Of a stretch of 64,000 nt of DNA, positions 35,052 to 45,616 are shown piece after piece (the first letter of the stretch is position 1; every line of letters starts with the position of its first letter). The DNA comes from Diplonema japonicum (Eukaryota > Protista > Euglenozoa: Diplonemea). The translations under genes were made by a program, and so were the position numbers. The notes under the pieces are model-generated. The model was not told where the DNA came from. It did no database searches and saw only the letters and a program-made list of their open reading frames with translations. The DNA is taken from positions 496,001-560,000 of the forward strand of contig OZ025662.1 of NCBI GenBank assembly GCA_964019335.1, in the 5' to 3' direction.

Positions 35052-35484
35052 GGGGGGGTCATATGGTCCTTAAAAAGGGCCACTTTTTGCCCTTTTTCAG
35101 GCTCTTCGCCAAGGGCATTTTGGGCCCTTAAAAAAACTGTAACCACCCCAAAAGTGCCCACAAATCACCCAAACCCCCGTTTCCCGATGGTTTCCGGCCC
35201 CAGAAGTGCCCAGAATCATGTTCTAATTTTGGGGGCCCCGTTTGGTACTTTCCCTATGTAATCCTAGGGGCCCCTATTTTATGTTCCCTAGGATTACATA
35301 GGGAAAGTACCAAACGGGGCCCCCAAAATTAGAACATGATTCTGGGCACTTCTGGGGCCGGAAAACATCGGGAAACGGGGGTTTGGGTGATTTGTGGGCA
35401 CTTTTGGGGTGGTTACAGTTTTTTTAAGGGCCCAAAATGCCCTTGGCGAAGAGCCTGAAAAAGGGCAAATAACGACCCCCCCTA
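35050..35484. mobile_element. Foldback/MITE: near-perfect palindrome with 184-bp arms
   Basis: Arms 35086-35269 and 35286-35469 (one mismatch seen), 16-nt loop; outer TAGGGGGGGTC / GACCCCCCCTA. Confidence 0.9.
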
Positions 35485-35668
35485 CCCCCCTCCACCCCCT
35501 TTTTTTTTTATATTCGGTTCTCAGTTACGGTCCGTACTTATTAAAGCCGCTTCTGTGCTTTATCGCAAAAGAAAAGGGAAGAGAAAGAAGAGAAAAAGAA
35601 AAAAGAAAAGAGAATTTTTTTTTTTTTTTTTTTGTGAGGATAAAACATGAAAACATAGGGAAGCGGGG

Positions 35669-35704
<36 letters not shown>

Positions 35705-35909
35705 GATCAAATAGTGCTGCCTTGACCGGACCAACGGTTTCTTTATTGTCTCTGCTCTCTCACTTTTAAAAAAAAAAAAAGATTTTTTTTTTGAATTTTT
35801 TCTAAGGTTTCATTTTTCCCACAGCCCCCTTTAAAAAGGATCAGCGAGAAGTTATGCAAGTAGGAAATAATGGGATTTCCCCCCGCTTTTTATCTCAATG
35901 TTTGTTTTT

Positions 35910-35943
<34 letters not shown>

Positions 35944-36151
35944 TTTTTTCGTGCATTTGATGATTTAATAATACGCCGGTGCTGACCCTCCGAAAATTTC
36001 AAATCAACGAGTAAAAAATGGGAAAGGGGCACCGGGGGGGGTTTTTTTTTTGGTGGGCCGTTGCTAACCACTTTGTTTATCGTGGTGAAATCTTTTTTAA
36101 GGTTCTACAGCATATAGCTACATTGTGAAAATGCAGCTTTCTGTAAATGTG

Positions 36152-36185
<34 letters not shown>

Positions 36186-36212
36186 ACACAAGGGGGGGAC
36201 TCTTTTTTTTCA

Positions 36213-36341
36213 GGTGGTGGGGATAACATGGAAATATAAAGAAGTACATCAGATGTGTTGTTCGCTGTTGACCTCCTCGTCGGTCATCACCGGTAGCGCC
36301 CAAGTGGAAGAAGCAGATGCTCTGGGTGGCGAACAGGCAGC
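36213..36341 (+). ncRNA. HDV-like self-cleaving ribozyme (family A) with J1/2 hairpin insertion
   Basis: P1 GGTGGTG/CATCACC, P1.2 GGATAACAT/GTGTTGTTC, P2 GCTGTTG/CAGGCAGC, P3 ACC/GGT, L3 TCCTCGTC, P1.1 CC/GG, P4 CGCCCA/TGGGTG, J4/2 GCGAA (C 36330). Confidence 0.8.
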
Positions 36342-36527
36342 AAACTACACGGGCTCAGAATCTTGGTTACCCGGGGCGCCCCGGCTGGGGTTGAGCTGCA
36401 CACCGCACGCATTAAGGACACGACGCGAAACGCAAAAGAAGCTACAGCTAGGCCGAGGTGCGCCCCCTGTAATCAAGTAAATGGTGCTTGTGCAGGGTGC
36501 CCCCACCGGCTTCCTTTAAATCATCGA
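36213..36527 (+). mobile_element. Family A SINE-like element, most intact copy, headed by an HDV-like ribozyme
   Basis: Homologous to 26434, 28523 and 60586 copies; between T-runs. Confidence 0.8.
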
Positions 36528-36797
36528 GTTTTTTTTTTGTTCGGTGTGTTACCTACATCTCATCTCCATCACTAGTGAATTATTCACCCTCCCCCCCCAT
36601 TTTTTTGAGCGTCCGACGCAGCAAGGGGGAAAAGAAAAAAATAAGATGGAAAAAAAAAAATGTAAAGCGGTAGATTTGTGCAGTTGAAAGAAGGGCCCGT
36701 TTTCCCCCCCACATTCCTCTCACCCCCCCTCCCCCTTTGTTTGTGACGCCTTTCACGTTCGATAATAAGAACTTGGATCCTTCGATAAACCACTAGC

Positions 36798-36851
<54 letters not shown>

Positions 36852-36920
36852 CGAGTTGGCGGCCCTGATTGTAACGAGTTGTTGAGAGAATATCAATTAT
36901 CAATCAAGATTATATTTGGT

Positions 36921-36959
<39 letters not shown>

Positions 36960-37559
36960 CCCTCCTCTGTTTTACAGCAGTCACCAACGTTGCAAATGTT
37001 CCTTTTCTTTTTATATTTTTTTTTTCTTCCTGCTCTTCGCCATTCTGTCCCCCCCCCGTTTTGTGGGTGGTGTTTGGGGTACCATGAACCCCGGGTCCTC
37101 CTTAGGGCCATTTTTTTAATTTATTTCCAGGAAGATTTTTTTTTAAAAAAAGAAAGGAAAGAAGAAAAAGGGGGTGGAAGAAATAGACAGATGCCACCAG
37201 TCATCAGAGGAGGCTTATCTCATGCATCTCCTTTCTATATATTTTTTCCCCTGCCCTAAGCAGAGCAACAACCAAGATAAGCACATTTAAAAAAAGGGGG
37301 AGGGGGAGGGAGGGATCTGCGACTTAGTTACATCTTTTAAGTTTTCTTACCAGCTATATATATTTTTCTTCCCCCCTCTTCTGGAATTTGTGCAAACACG
37401 TATATCAACAATAGATAGATTAAACACAGAACGAATGAAGAGACAGAAAATAACTTTCTCAGGTTTTTCAAAAAAAAAAAAAAAAAAAAAGGCCCTTCTC
37501 TAATTTTTCTATTCTTTTAGACTTCAACTTCAAGGCCCATGTGGTGGCGAATAAGGACT

Positions 37560-37590
<31 letters not shown>

Positions 37591-37661
37591 CATTCTTTTT
37601 TTTCCCCCTTAAAATAGCCTCTTATGTGCAGAGTAAGAGATGTAGTTTCATCACACGAGAT

Positions 37662-37697
<36 letters not shown>

Positions 37698-38025
37698 CGG
37701 GGTTAACCGTGGTTGTTTAGCTTAAACCGTCACCAGAAAAAAAAAGGAAAAAAAAAAAAGGGAAACTAACTTTGCCTACAGAATTCTCTAAGGAAACACA
37801 GCACACGGATTTTTATTTAAAAAAAAAAAAACACAAAATATTAAAGAAAAACACTCCCTGTTTTTTCTTCCTCTTTCCCCCTCCCCCAATAAAAGAAACA
37901 GAGTGTACGCAGATCACCGTACTGGGGCAACTTGTTTAAGGAGGGGTGACGAGCCCCTCCCTTTCTAAACGTAGTAGTTTCGGACCAGGTAGTTGCAACC
38001 ATGGGAAAAAAAGAAACAAAAAAAC

Positions 38026-38076
<51 letters not shown>

Positions 38077-38758
38077 ATTAAACCAAAAGGAGGGGAAGGA
38101 AGCAGATAAAACTATTACTTTGTTCAAGAAAACAACTATCATTTTCTTTGAAAAAAAGGGGGGGGGGGGGAGGAAACTGACCGAATACAGAAGGGTCTTT
38201 TTTTTCTTTTTCTTCTCCCCTTCTCTTCTTCTTTTTCCTTTTTTTTTCTTTTTCTTCTCCCCTCTCTTTTAGCAGAAAAGGTGCTTCATTGACAAACAAT
38301 AGGTTCACCCGCAGACCTGTCTTCCTCTTTTTTTTTTCTTTCTTTTTTTTTCTTCATTCCCCGATTGTCCCCCCCCTTTTTTTTTATTACATTTACTTCA
38401 ACAAAAAGAAAAAAAACGGTTCATTTGGCGGCAAGTAAGTGGTCCTCAAGGGGATTTGCCCTTAAACATCGCCTTCTTCGTAAAAAGGTGGAACAATATA
38501 CGACATCTGTTGCCTTTGACATCTGTTGCCTTTGACCAGTGTTTTTCTTTACCTGTGCGACTTGAAATCCCAGTTTTAAAGAAGTTTTTTTCGCGATTTT
38601 TTTTTTAAAAGAAATTTGCACGCGAAACAAAGTGTAGCGCAGCTAGGGGGGAGGGGAACGACGATAAAAAAAAAAATTATTCCCCCCCCCTCCCCATTAT
38701 TTGCACAAAAAAAAGAAAAAAATATATAAGGAGAGCGGGAAAAAAAAAAAAAAAAAAA

Positions 38759-39916
38759 ATGGAGGATGACAAGATTGAACCAGAAAGCAAAGAGAAAAAA
38801 CCCGCCTTACGCCACGCGGAGAAAGGCAGAGACGCATCGCACCCCATGGCAGATGTGATCGCAAACGAGGTATTAAGAAAATACCGGGACCTGGGAATGG
38901 AGGTAGAAGGACAAACATGTGTTGCGGGTGTAGTTATGATAGAAAAGGACAACAAGGTGGAATGCGTAACAGTTGGCCAAGGGACAAAGTTCATCCCACC
39001 TGAACTATTAACCGACGATACGGCAGGACACAGGGTACGGGACTGCCATGCAGAGGTTCTCGCGAAACGAGCGTTCAAAAAATATTTGAAAACCCACACT
39101 ATACCACCCGACACAAGAATCGCCCTGTACTGCAGCTCCGCACCCTGCGGAAACAGCTGCGTAAAGAAATGGGCTAAAAACTCCAAATCCAATATCGACT
39201 CTCACCCACATCCCGTTTTCAACGTCTCTGCAAGACCAGCTGGCCAAGTCGCTGCAACTGTTAAAGGCGAGCACCCTTTAAACGACACACTTCTCAACCC
39301 CCCTGTAGACGGCCTTCGATCTTGGAAACCGTTGTCAACAATGTCCGTCCCAGTCGGCACCACCCCGGCAGAATCTCTTATAAACACCGCAGGTGGTTAC
39401 ATAGCATCTTGCAGCGATAAAATCGCGACATGGTGCGTCGTCGGTATGCAAGGCAACACCGACGGCCCCTTCATCTACCCCGACATCGTCGTTGTTGGTA
39501 GAAAGTTCGGCGACGCTACTCTACGACGTGCGCTTTGCTGCAGGCTTGCCATCCCTTCATTCCGATCAAACGTGAAGCACCCTTTGATATATAGGACTTC
39601 TGTGCAGCTTGATACTTCGGTTTACGAAGAATCGAAAGGTGCCGTCTTTGCATCCACAACGTGTGGGTGGTGGTCTAAAGGGATGGAACTACCTGAGCAG
39701 CTCAATGGATCCACGGGGATGACTCTTTCGGAAACACCTTCGCTTCTCTGCCCTCTACGCGTCAACGGGGCGGGTGGGAAAAAACGGCATGAGAAGTATG
39801 ACAGATTGAAGGCTGTGCTGTACGGCGACAAAAAGCTCCTTCATGGGTACCCTTGGAAGGGTGGTCTTGCATGTGCAGGCGAAACGGGCGGGAAGAGGAA
39901 ACGGGATACTGAGTGA
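38759..39916 (+). CDS. A_deamin-family adenosine deaminase, ADAT1/Tad1-like
   Basis: GQGTK, DCHAE, SAPCG, SCSDKI..W.V.G.QG motifs; no dsRBD. Confidence 0.88.
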   Translation: MEDDKIEPESKEKKPALRHAEKGRDASHPMADVIANEVLRKYRDLGMEVEGQTCVAGVVMIEKDNKVECVTVGQGTKFIPPELLTDDTAGHRVRDCHAEVLAKRAFKKYLKTHTIPPDTRIALYCSSAPCGNSCVKKWAKNSKSNIDSHPHPVFNVSARPAGQVAATVKGEHPLNDTLLNPPVDGLRSWKPLSTMSVPVGTTPAESLINTAGGYIASCSDKIATWCVVGMQGNTDGPFIYPDIVVVGRKFGDATLRRALCCRLAIPSFRSNVKHPLIYRTSVQLDTSVYEESKGAVFASTTCGWWSKGMELPEQLNGSTGMTLSETPSLLCPLRVNGAGGKKRHEKYDRLKAVLYGDKKLLHGYPWKGGLACAGETGGKRKRDTE

Positions 39917-40001
39917 ATACTTTTTTTTTTTTTAAACCCCCTTCTTCCCTCTCAGCTCAAACACAGATTATCTCTTTTCGTTCCACCCTCAACTAAACAA
40001 A

Positions 40002-40343
40002 ATGGCCGACGCCCTTTTCGCGAAGATGTCCGCAGCCCTCGGGACCCCTGCTGGTCAGGCTGCGGCGAAGAAGATCAACGAGGTGATCACGTACGAGTTC
40101 CCCGACACCGGTGTGTCGTACGTGATGGACCTGAAGGCGGGGAAGGCGTACAAGGGGAAGCACGACGACCCCGCGTGCACCTTCAAGATGGACGAGAAGG
40201 TGTTCATTGAGCTTTCGGGGGGCAAGGCGGACCCCATGGGCCTCTTCATGGAGGGGAAGATCGAGCTCGACGGGGACACCGACATCGCCATGAAGATCGG
40301 CAAGGTCCTCAAGACCCTCGAGAAGGAGATCGCCTCTGCGTAG
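40002..40343 (+). CDS. SCP2: SCP2 domain protein, copy 2
   Basis: CDS appears identical to 1185-1526. Confidence 0.9.
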   Translation: MADALFAKMSAALGTPAGQAAAKKINEVITYEFPDTGVSYVMDLKAGKAYKGKHDDPACTFKMDEKVFIELSGGKADPMGLFMEGKIELDGDTDIAMKIGKVLKTLEKEIASA

Positions 40344-40577
40344 GCCAATTTCTTGAATAAAGCACAGTAATGTAAGACGCCGGCCTTTGCGGCTCTTGCT
40401 TGCTGTGCGAACCAGCAACACAAACCACCAAATACGTGTTCTGGGTGTTTTTTCTTATTACAGATTTTGTTATTTTCTTTTTCTCCTTTTTTACCACCGT
40501 TCTGTTCCTTTTTTTTTATTTTTATACCCGTTTACCATTTTTCTTTGGCTGTGCTCCTCTAACCCCACCTCAGGAAG

Positions 40578-42745
40578 ATGCTCTCGCGCAGGGGAAGTTC
40601 CAATGTAGACATAGAAGGGGAACTGGCGGAGATCGACAGGCTGCTTGCGCTCAACCAAGCAGAGCAGCAACGAGCAGCCGCTGGAATGAAGGCATGGCAG
40701 AATGTGGTGGGCGAGAGCGAGCGGCGAGACAGGGCAGGGGCGGGGGTACGCGTCAAAGCAGCTATGCCAGACGTGGTGCACCACCACCATCAGCCACAGC
40801 ATGTCGTCGAGACGCATTTCATGCACGGCCCCCCGGCTCCTCCCCCCCCCATCGATCCACAAACCGCCTGCCCGACAGACAGCAGTGCTACTGTGCTCAC
40901 CCACCGACACTATCAGAATATGTTGAAGGCCTCGAAAAAATCCCAAAACCTTGTCACCGAGCAGGCCGAGCGCCTTTCCGCTGTCCAGGAACGCCTTCGT
41001 GCTCTTGAAGCTAATCCCGTCCGCAGTCATTCCAGCACACCTCGGGTCCGTGAAGCTATTACTTCCGTTGACCCCCCCAAGCCCAGCAGGGAGGACCCCC
41101 AGCAGGCTAAGGTGCTGGTCGACCTCACAAACCAGTTGTCTGGTGTCGTCAGGGAAGTTGCAGAACTCAAAAAAAGCATGACCAACCAGCCACCCGTGCA
41201 GCATGTTGTGCAGCCTGCTCCTCCTGTGCACGTGCCTCCTCCGCCAGCTCCTGCAGCGCCGCCTGCACAGCTCGCCCCAGCACCTCTCCCTCTTGATAGA
41301 GATACCGCCGACCTGTCCTTCGAACGGAAGCAAGTTACTAGCGAGCTTCTGGAGCTTGAGCGCGACATGGTGAAGCAGCTGAAGACGCTGGTGAACAGGG
41401 TGGACGGTCAGCAGGCAACGACAATACCGAAGATCCCCATTCAGATAGAGCACCACCATGTACATCACCAACAGCCCGAGAACCAACGTGCTGCTGGCCC
41501 CATGGTAGCGGCTCCGATGGTAACACCATTTGCACCTCCTGTGGCGGCACCTGTCGTTGCACCTAATACTCTTTCTGTTCCCACCCACCATCCACGGGTC
41601 AGCCCGATGCCTGGGTCACTTACTCGGGACTCTGTGTTTGAGCCCGGTCCCTCGAACTCCTACCAACACAACTTCAACGCCAGCAACCACAACTACACGC
41701 TGCCCCAAAGCTACCAGGCCGCATCGCGAAGTGGCAGCAGCAACAGCTTGTCGGCTGCTGCAAATTATCACCAGATGCCGAGAATGGAGAGGCGTGTCAG
41801 CACCCCAGCTTCTAGCTACGGGCTCCCGGTTCAACAGAGTGTGCAGCGGCAACAGTCGCTCCCCGACTCTGGGCTGCACTTGTCCCCCCCGCGGTCGGTG
41901 CACTTGTCGCCGTTTGGCCAGCTGCCGGTGTCACCGCGTTCGCAGCGCGCCGAGTCGCAGCGGCAGTTGACAGAGTCGCAGGCCTTACGTGAGCCCCAAC
42001 CACAACACCGGCCGTTGCAGCTGCAAAACCCTGATTTTGTGCAGCAACGGGCGCAGGTGAGTCACCGGCCATTGGGGCATGTTGGCAGAAGGAGCCCTAC
42101 TCCAAAGGATGATGACAATGTGAACCGCATTGACAGAGAGGGGATGACGCCTTTGCTGGAGGCGTGCCATGCAGGGGATGCAGGGAAGGTGAAGGAGCTT
42201 CTCATGCTCGGGGCGTCTGTGGAGATACCAGGTATGCGTGTAAAGATTGTTTTCAACTCCTACCAGACCCCGACGGGTGGACACCGCTGCACGTGGCGGC
42301 GCAGAAGGGGCATGTGGGGTGCATGAGGGACTTGATCGATGCGAGGGCCTGTCTGGACAGCAGGGACTGCGACGGGTCAACACCGCTCATCGTGTCTGCG
42401 CTGGAGGGGTGTGTGGAGGCGGTGAGGGTGCTGCTAGTGTCGGGAGCGAATCAAGATGCCGCAGATGACGATGGGGCCACAGCACTCATGGTGGCTGCGC
42501 AGGCAGGGCACCACCGAGTGATCGACCTCCTGCTGCGCAACAGTGCCAATCCCTTGAAGGAAGACTCCTCTGGGAATACTGCGCGCCTTCTGGCCGTCTC
42601 TTCTCGTGCTCCCCCGTCGTGCCTTGCTCTCCTCCAAAAAGCTGAACAGCTAGCAAGCCCCCCCCGCCCCGCTGCCCCTTGTTCAGCCTCGCATTCTAGG
42701 CACTTCTCCGTGTCGCCTAAGCAGAATCTGTCATTTGTCTTCTAA
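40578..42745 (+). CDS. Low-complexity/coiled-coil protein with C-terminal ankyrin repeats; intron 42232-42266
   Basis: 35-nt GTATG..CAG intron joins ankyrin repeats GMTPLLEAC, GWTPLHVAA, GSTPLIVSA, GATALMVAA. Confidence 0.88.
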
Positions 42746-43181
42746 AGAATGAGTGCCTTGAGCATTATATGAGAAATGAGGGGAATGGAGATACATTTAA
42801 GGGGTAAAGATTTTTTCGTTTGTATTATTCTAGAGTTTTTTTTTTCCCCCCCCTTTTTTTTCCCGCCTTAATGTTTTCTTGTTCGTGTGTTTTTTTTTTT
42901 AAACCTGAAGGACACGGGTTAAACTTTTATTCTCACCCTTTCATCAGGGGCCTGAGAACGGGGCACGGTCATAGCATCCACGAACGGGCAATTGTACGAA
43001 GGTGCGCAATATGTTACATAGCTGGGCATGGCAGCCTGCCCTCTTTCTCCTCTCTTTCTTCCCCGTCTTTCTGCACGGTATCGATAGCTGCACGGCATTT
43101 CTTCCCCCCCCCCCTTTTTTTGTTTCGGTTTTTCTTTCTCCCCTCCGCATCTAGATATTTCTTTTTTTAAATACTGTAAAA

Positions 43182-43393
43182 CAATGTTTCCAACCTCCCA
43201 TGGTGGTTCCTGGTAATTGTGGTTTGGAGGGAGACACGTAGCGAAAAGGAAACTCTCGTTCTTAAACCGTACTCCAGGGGAAACCTGGACGGCTAAGCTT
43301 TCTTTACGGACTTGGGATGCTTCGGGGCGAAGCTTCACAAGGGTGGCAGCTGTGTCACATACCGCATGGCACCGCTAAGAAATTGAGACAACT
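43182..43393 (+). mobile_element. Family B element, 5'-clipped and internally deleted copy
   Basis: AATGTTTCCAACCTCCCATGGTGGTTCCTGGTAATTGTGG..GCGAAAAGGAAAC..GGCACCGCTAAGAAATTGAGACAACT; P1 5' strand missing. Confidence 0.8.
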
Positions 43394-43488
43394 CTTTTCC
43401 CTTTTCATTGCTCGTTTCCCTTTCTCATCATAATAATAAGACAAAAAAAAAAAGAGGGAAGGAGAAAGGGATATTAAAAAAAAAAAAA

Positions 43489-45471
43489 ATGTCCGTAATC
43501 CCATACTGCGAGGGGAGGTTCATGTGCTTGTTGGGCACAAATGTCAGATGTGTGTTTAATAGAAAAAAATATCAAACGGACAAGAACAAAACCGGGTGGG
43601 AGGCCACGAAGGAGTACCTAAAAGGCCTAGGAGAGGGGTCGTCGGACCTTCTGAGGTACAAACTGCAGGCCATGGTGAAAAACCCATTCAAGGTGGGTAT
43701 GTGGGGTGTCGGGATTGCGAGGGAGACAAAAGCCGCGGCCAGAAAAATCGTCAGCATGAAGCTGGCAATGCACACCCCAGTGCGGCACACCGAGTTCGTA
43801 AAGCAGAACGATGGCAGCATGGCACCGATCTCACAAAGAATATTCGTCTCGTGCTGCAACACAAGGGCGTTTATGTACGAAGAGAACAGCATCTCCGATC
43901 TTCTCCGCCTCAGCCACGCCTACCTACAAAGCGCATCAGATCAAACTGAAAGGGAGGCCAGGTATATGGAAATCTTCACAGGTATACAACGAGGTGTGAG
44001 GCACCTCTCGAAAACCAGCACAAAGAAGTTTCTAAGTCACGTCCCACGGTTGCCTGTTGAGTTCATCGATCTGACGCGAGTTGCTAAGGTCCCACACAAG
44101 ATACTCCATGCACTGTCGTTGGCGAACACGTTCTCCTTGCTGACGACGAAGAGAGCGCTTCGTTGCAAAGCGGTTACTTTCTCTTTGCGATCGCTGTCCG
44201 CTTCCGCTATGGATGGAACCTGTTCCCCTGAACAGGCTTGCAAGACCTTATGGTCGATCCTCGAAGCAGCAAACGAGCAACGGTATTCATATAAAGATTC
44301 GCTGCCCCTGGCCCTACGTGTCCTCTTTAACATCCATGAAATTATAGATGTGCATAGTGAGGCGTTGTCGGTGATCGGGTGGTTTAAGGACAGAGGGGGC
44401 GAGCTTGACGAAATTGGTTTGATGTTGGCTGCGCATATCCTCGCGATGCACTGTCCTGACGTCGCTGTGAAGTTCATCTTGAGTGAGAAGAAGATCGGAA
44501 CTAGTACTAAAGCTGCGTGGGCGGCGTTGATATCCATCTCTGTGGTGAACCCCCGCATGAGAATAGATATGGAGTACTGTCTGTCGCAGTACAGGGAAAG
44601 CAACGGAGACGACGAAGACTTGACACGGGATTGTATAAAGTCGCTGTTGAAGCAGAAGCGGGTTGACTTGCGTCTTCTCGGAACGCTCGTTGACAGGCTC
44701 CCACAGCGCGACCCGGCGTCCTTGAAATCTTTTGTAATCTACGATGAGCTGACAGCCTGTTCCCTGTCGGGACGGTGCGACCGCGGGTTGTTCCTCGCAA
44801 ATTACATTGTGTCACACCACAGAAATCGTTTCGTCTCATCGCTCCCCATGATGGGTGTCTATCGGCACATGGTTCTGATACACTGCCGAATGGGGAACAC
44901 CCGCGATGCGAAAAAGATAGTTACGGACCTTGCGGCTGTGAATAGCCCCCCTGGGGCCGCCCTATGTGCGTACATACGGGAGACGCACAATTTGCTTAAC
45001 GTTGCTGAAGCATGTCGGCTCACAGTCGAGATATGGGATGAGATTCTCGCTGAAAACATGAAATGGCTTTCTGGCTTGAGAAATGTAGAGTACGCACTTA
45101 TCAGGAAATCGTTGGACTTCGAGGACTGTGTTGTTGGTTTACAGTCCTACGAGAAGTGGCTTCAGAACAACGGTGTGAAGTTGCAGGATCGCAGAAAGGG
45201 CGCGTCAGCTTGCTACAAGAAAGACTCCGGCACCCCGCCCAGCTTCTCCGACCTCGCGTTGTCCGGATCTTGGGAGACCATCCGCTCCCAGTTTGCCGTT
45301 TATGCGAAGCAGTCGCACACCCATGGGTGGTCCGTGTTCGAAGAACCACTCCGAACAAGCACCGATCACTTGAAACGACTTCGAAAAATCCGCCTTGCCG
45401 ATAGGATATGGGACCTCGCAATGGAGTCCCAGATTCCCGAGGGGCTGAGGGAGGCACTTAAAAACAGATAG
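43489..45471 (+). CDS. Hypothetical alpha-helical protein, possibly with degenerate PPR-like repeats
   Basis: 660-aa ORF; VYRHMVLIHCRMGNTRDAKKIVTDL resembles a PPR motif. Confidence 0.65.
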   Translation: MSVIPYCEGRFMCLLGTNVRCVFNRKKYQTDKNKTGWEATKEYLKGLGEGSSDLLRYKLQAMVKNPFKVGMWGVGIARETKAAARKIVSMKLAMHTPVRHTEFVKQNDGSMAPISQRIFVSCCNTRAFMYEENSISDLLRLSHAYLQSASDQTEREARYMEIFTGIQRGVRHLSKTSTKKFLSHVPRLPVEFIDLTRVAKVPHKILHALSLANTFSLLTTKRALRCKAVTFSLRSLSASAMDGTCSPEQACKTLWSILEAANEQRYSYKDSLPLALRVLFNIHEIIDVHSEALSVIGWFKDRGGELDEIGLMLAAHILAMHCPDVAVKFILSEKKIGTSTKAAWAALISISVVNPRMRIDMEYCLSQYRESNGDDEDLTRDCIKSLLKQKRVDLRLLGTLVDRLPQRDPASLKSFVIYDELTACSLSGRCDRGLFLANYIVSHHRNRFVSSLPMMGVYRHMVLIHCRMGNTRDAKKIVTDLAAVNSPPGAALCAYIRETHNLLNVAEACRLTVEIWDEILAENMKWLSGLRNVEYALIRKSLDFEDCVVGLQSYEKWLQNNGVKLQDRRKGASACYKKDSGTPPSFSDLALSGSWETIRSQFAVYAKQSHTHGWSVFEEPLRTSTDHLKRLRKIRLADRIWDLAMESQIPEGLREALKNR

Positions 45472-45616
45472 AAAGGAATGTGTTGAGCCGCATCTTTTAT
45501 TTAATTTTGAAGAACTCTCTGTGTAGCTTCCAGAAAATAAAACATGCTGCTCGTTCATAACAAATAAAAGGGGGTTGGAGGGGCAGTAACAAAAAAAAAA
45601 AAAAAAAGAGAGAGAA

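Noticed and set aside
38503-38537. 16-bp tandem duplication GACATCTGTTGCCTTT
   Set aside because: Only two units; likely slippage with no further structure
20500-38700. Numerous poly-K/poly-F/poly-G ORFs
   Set aside because: Translations of intergenic homopolymer runs
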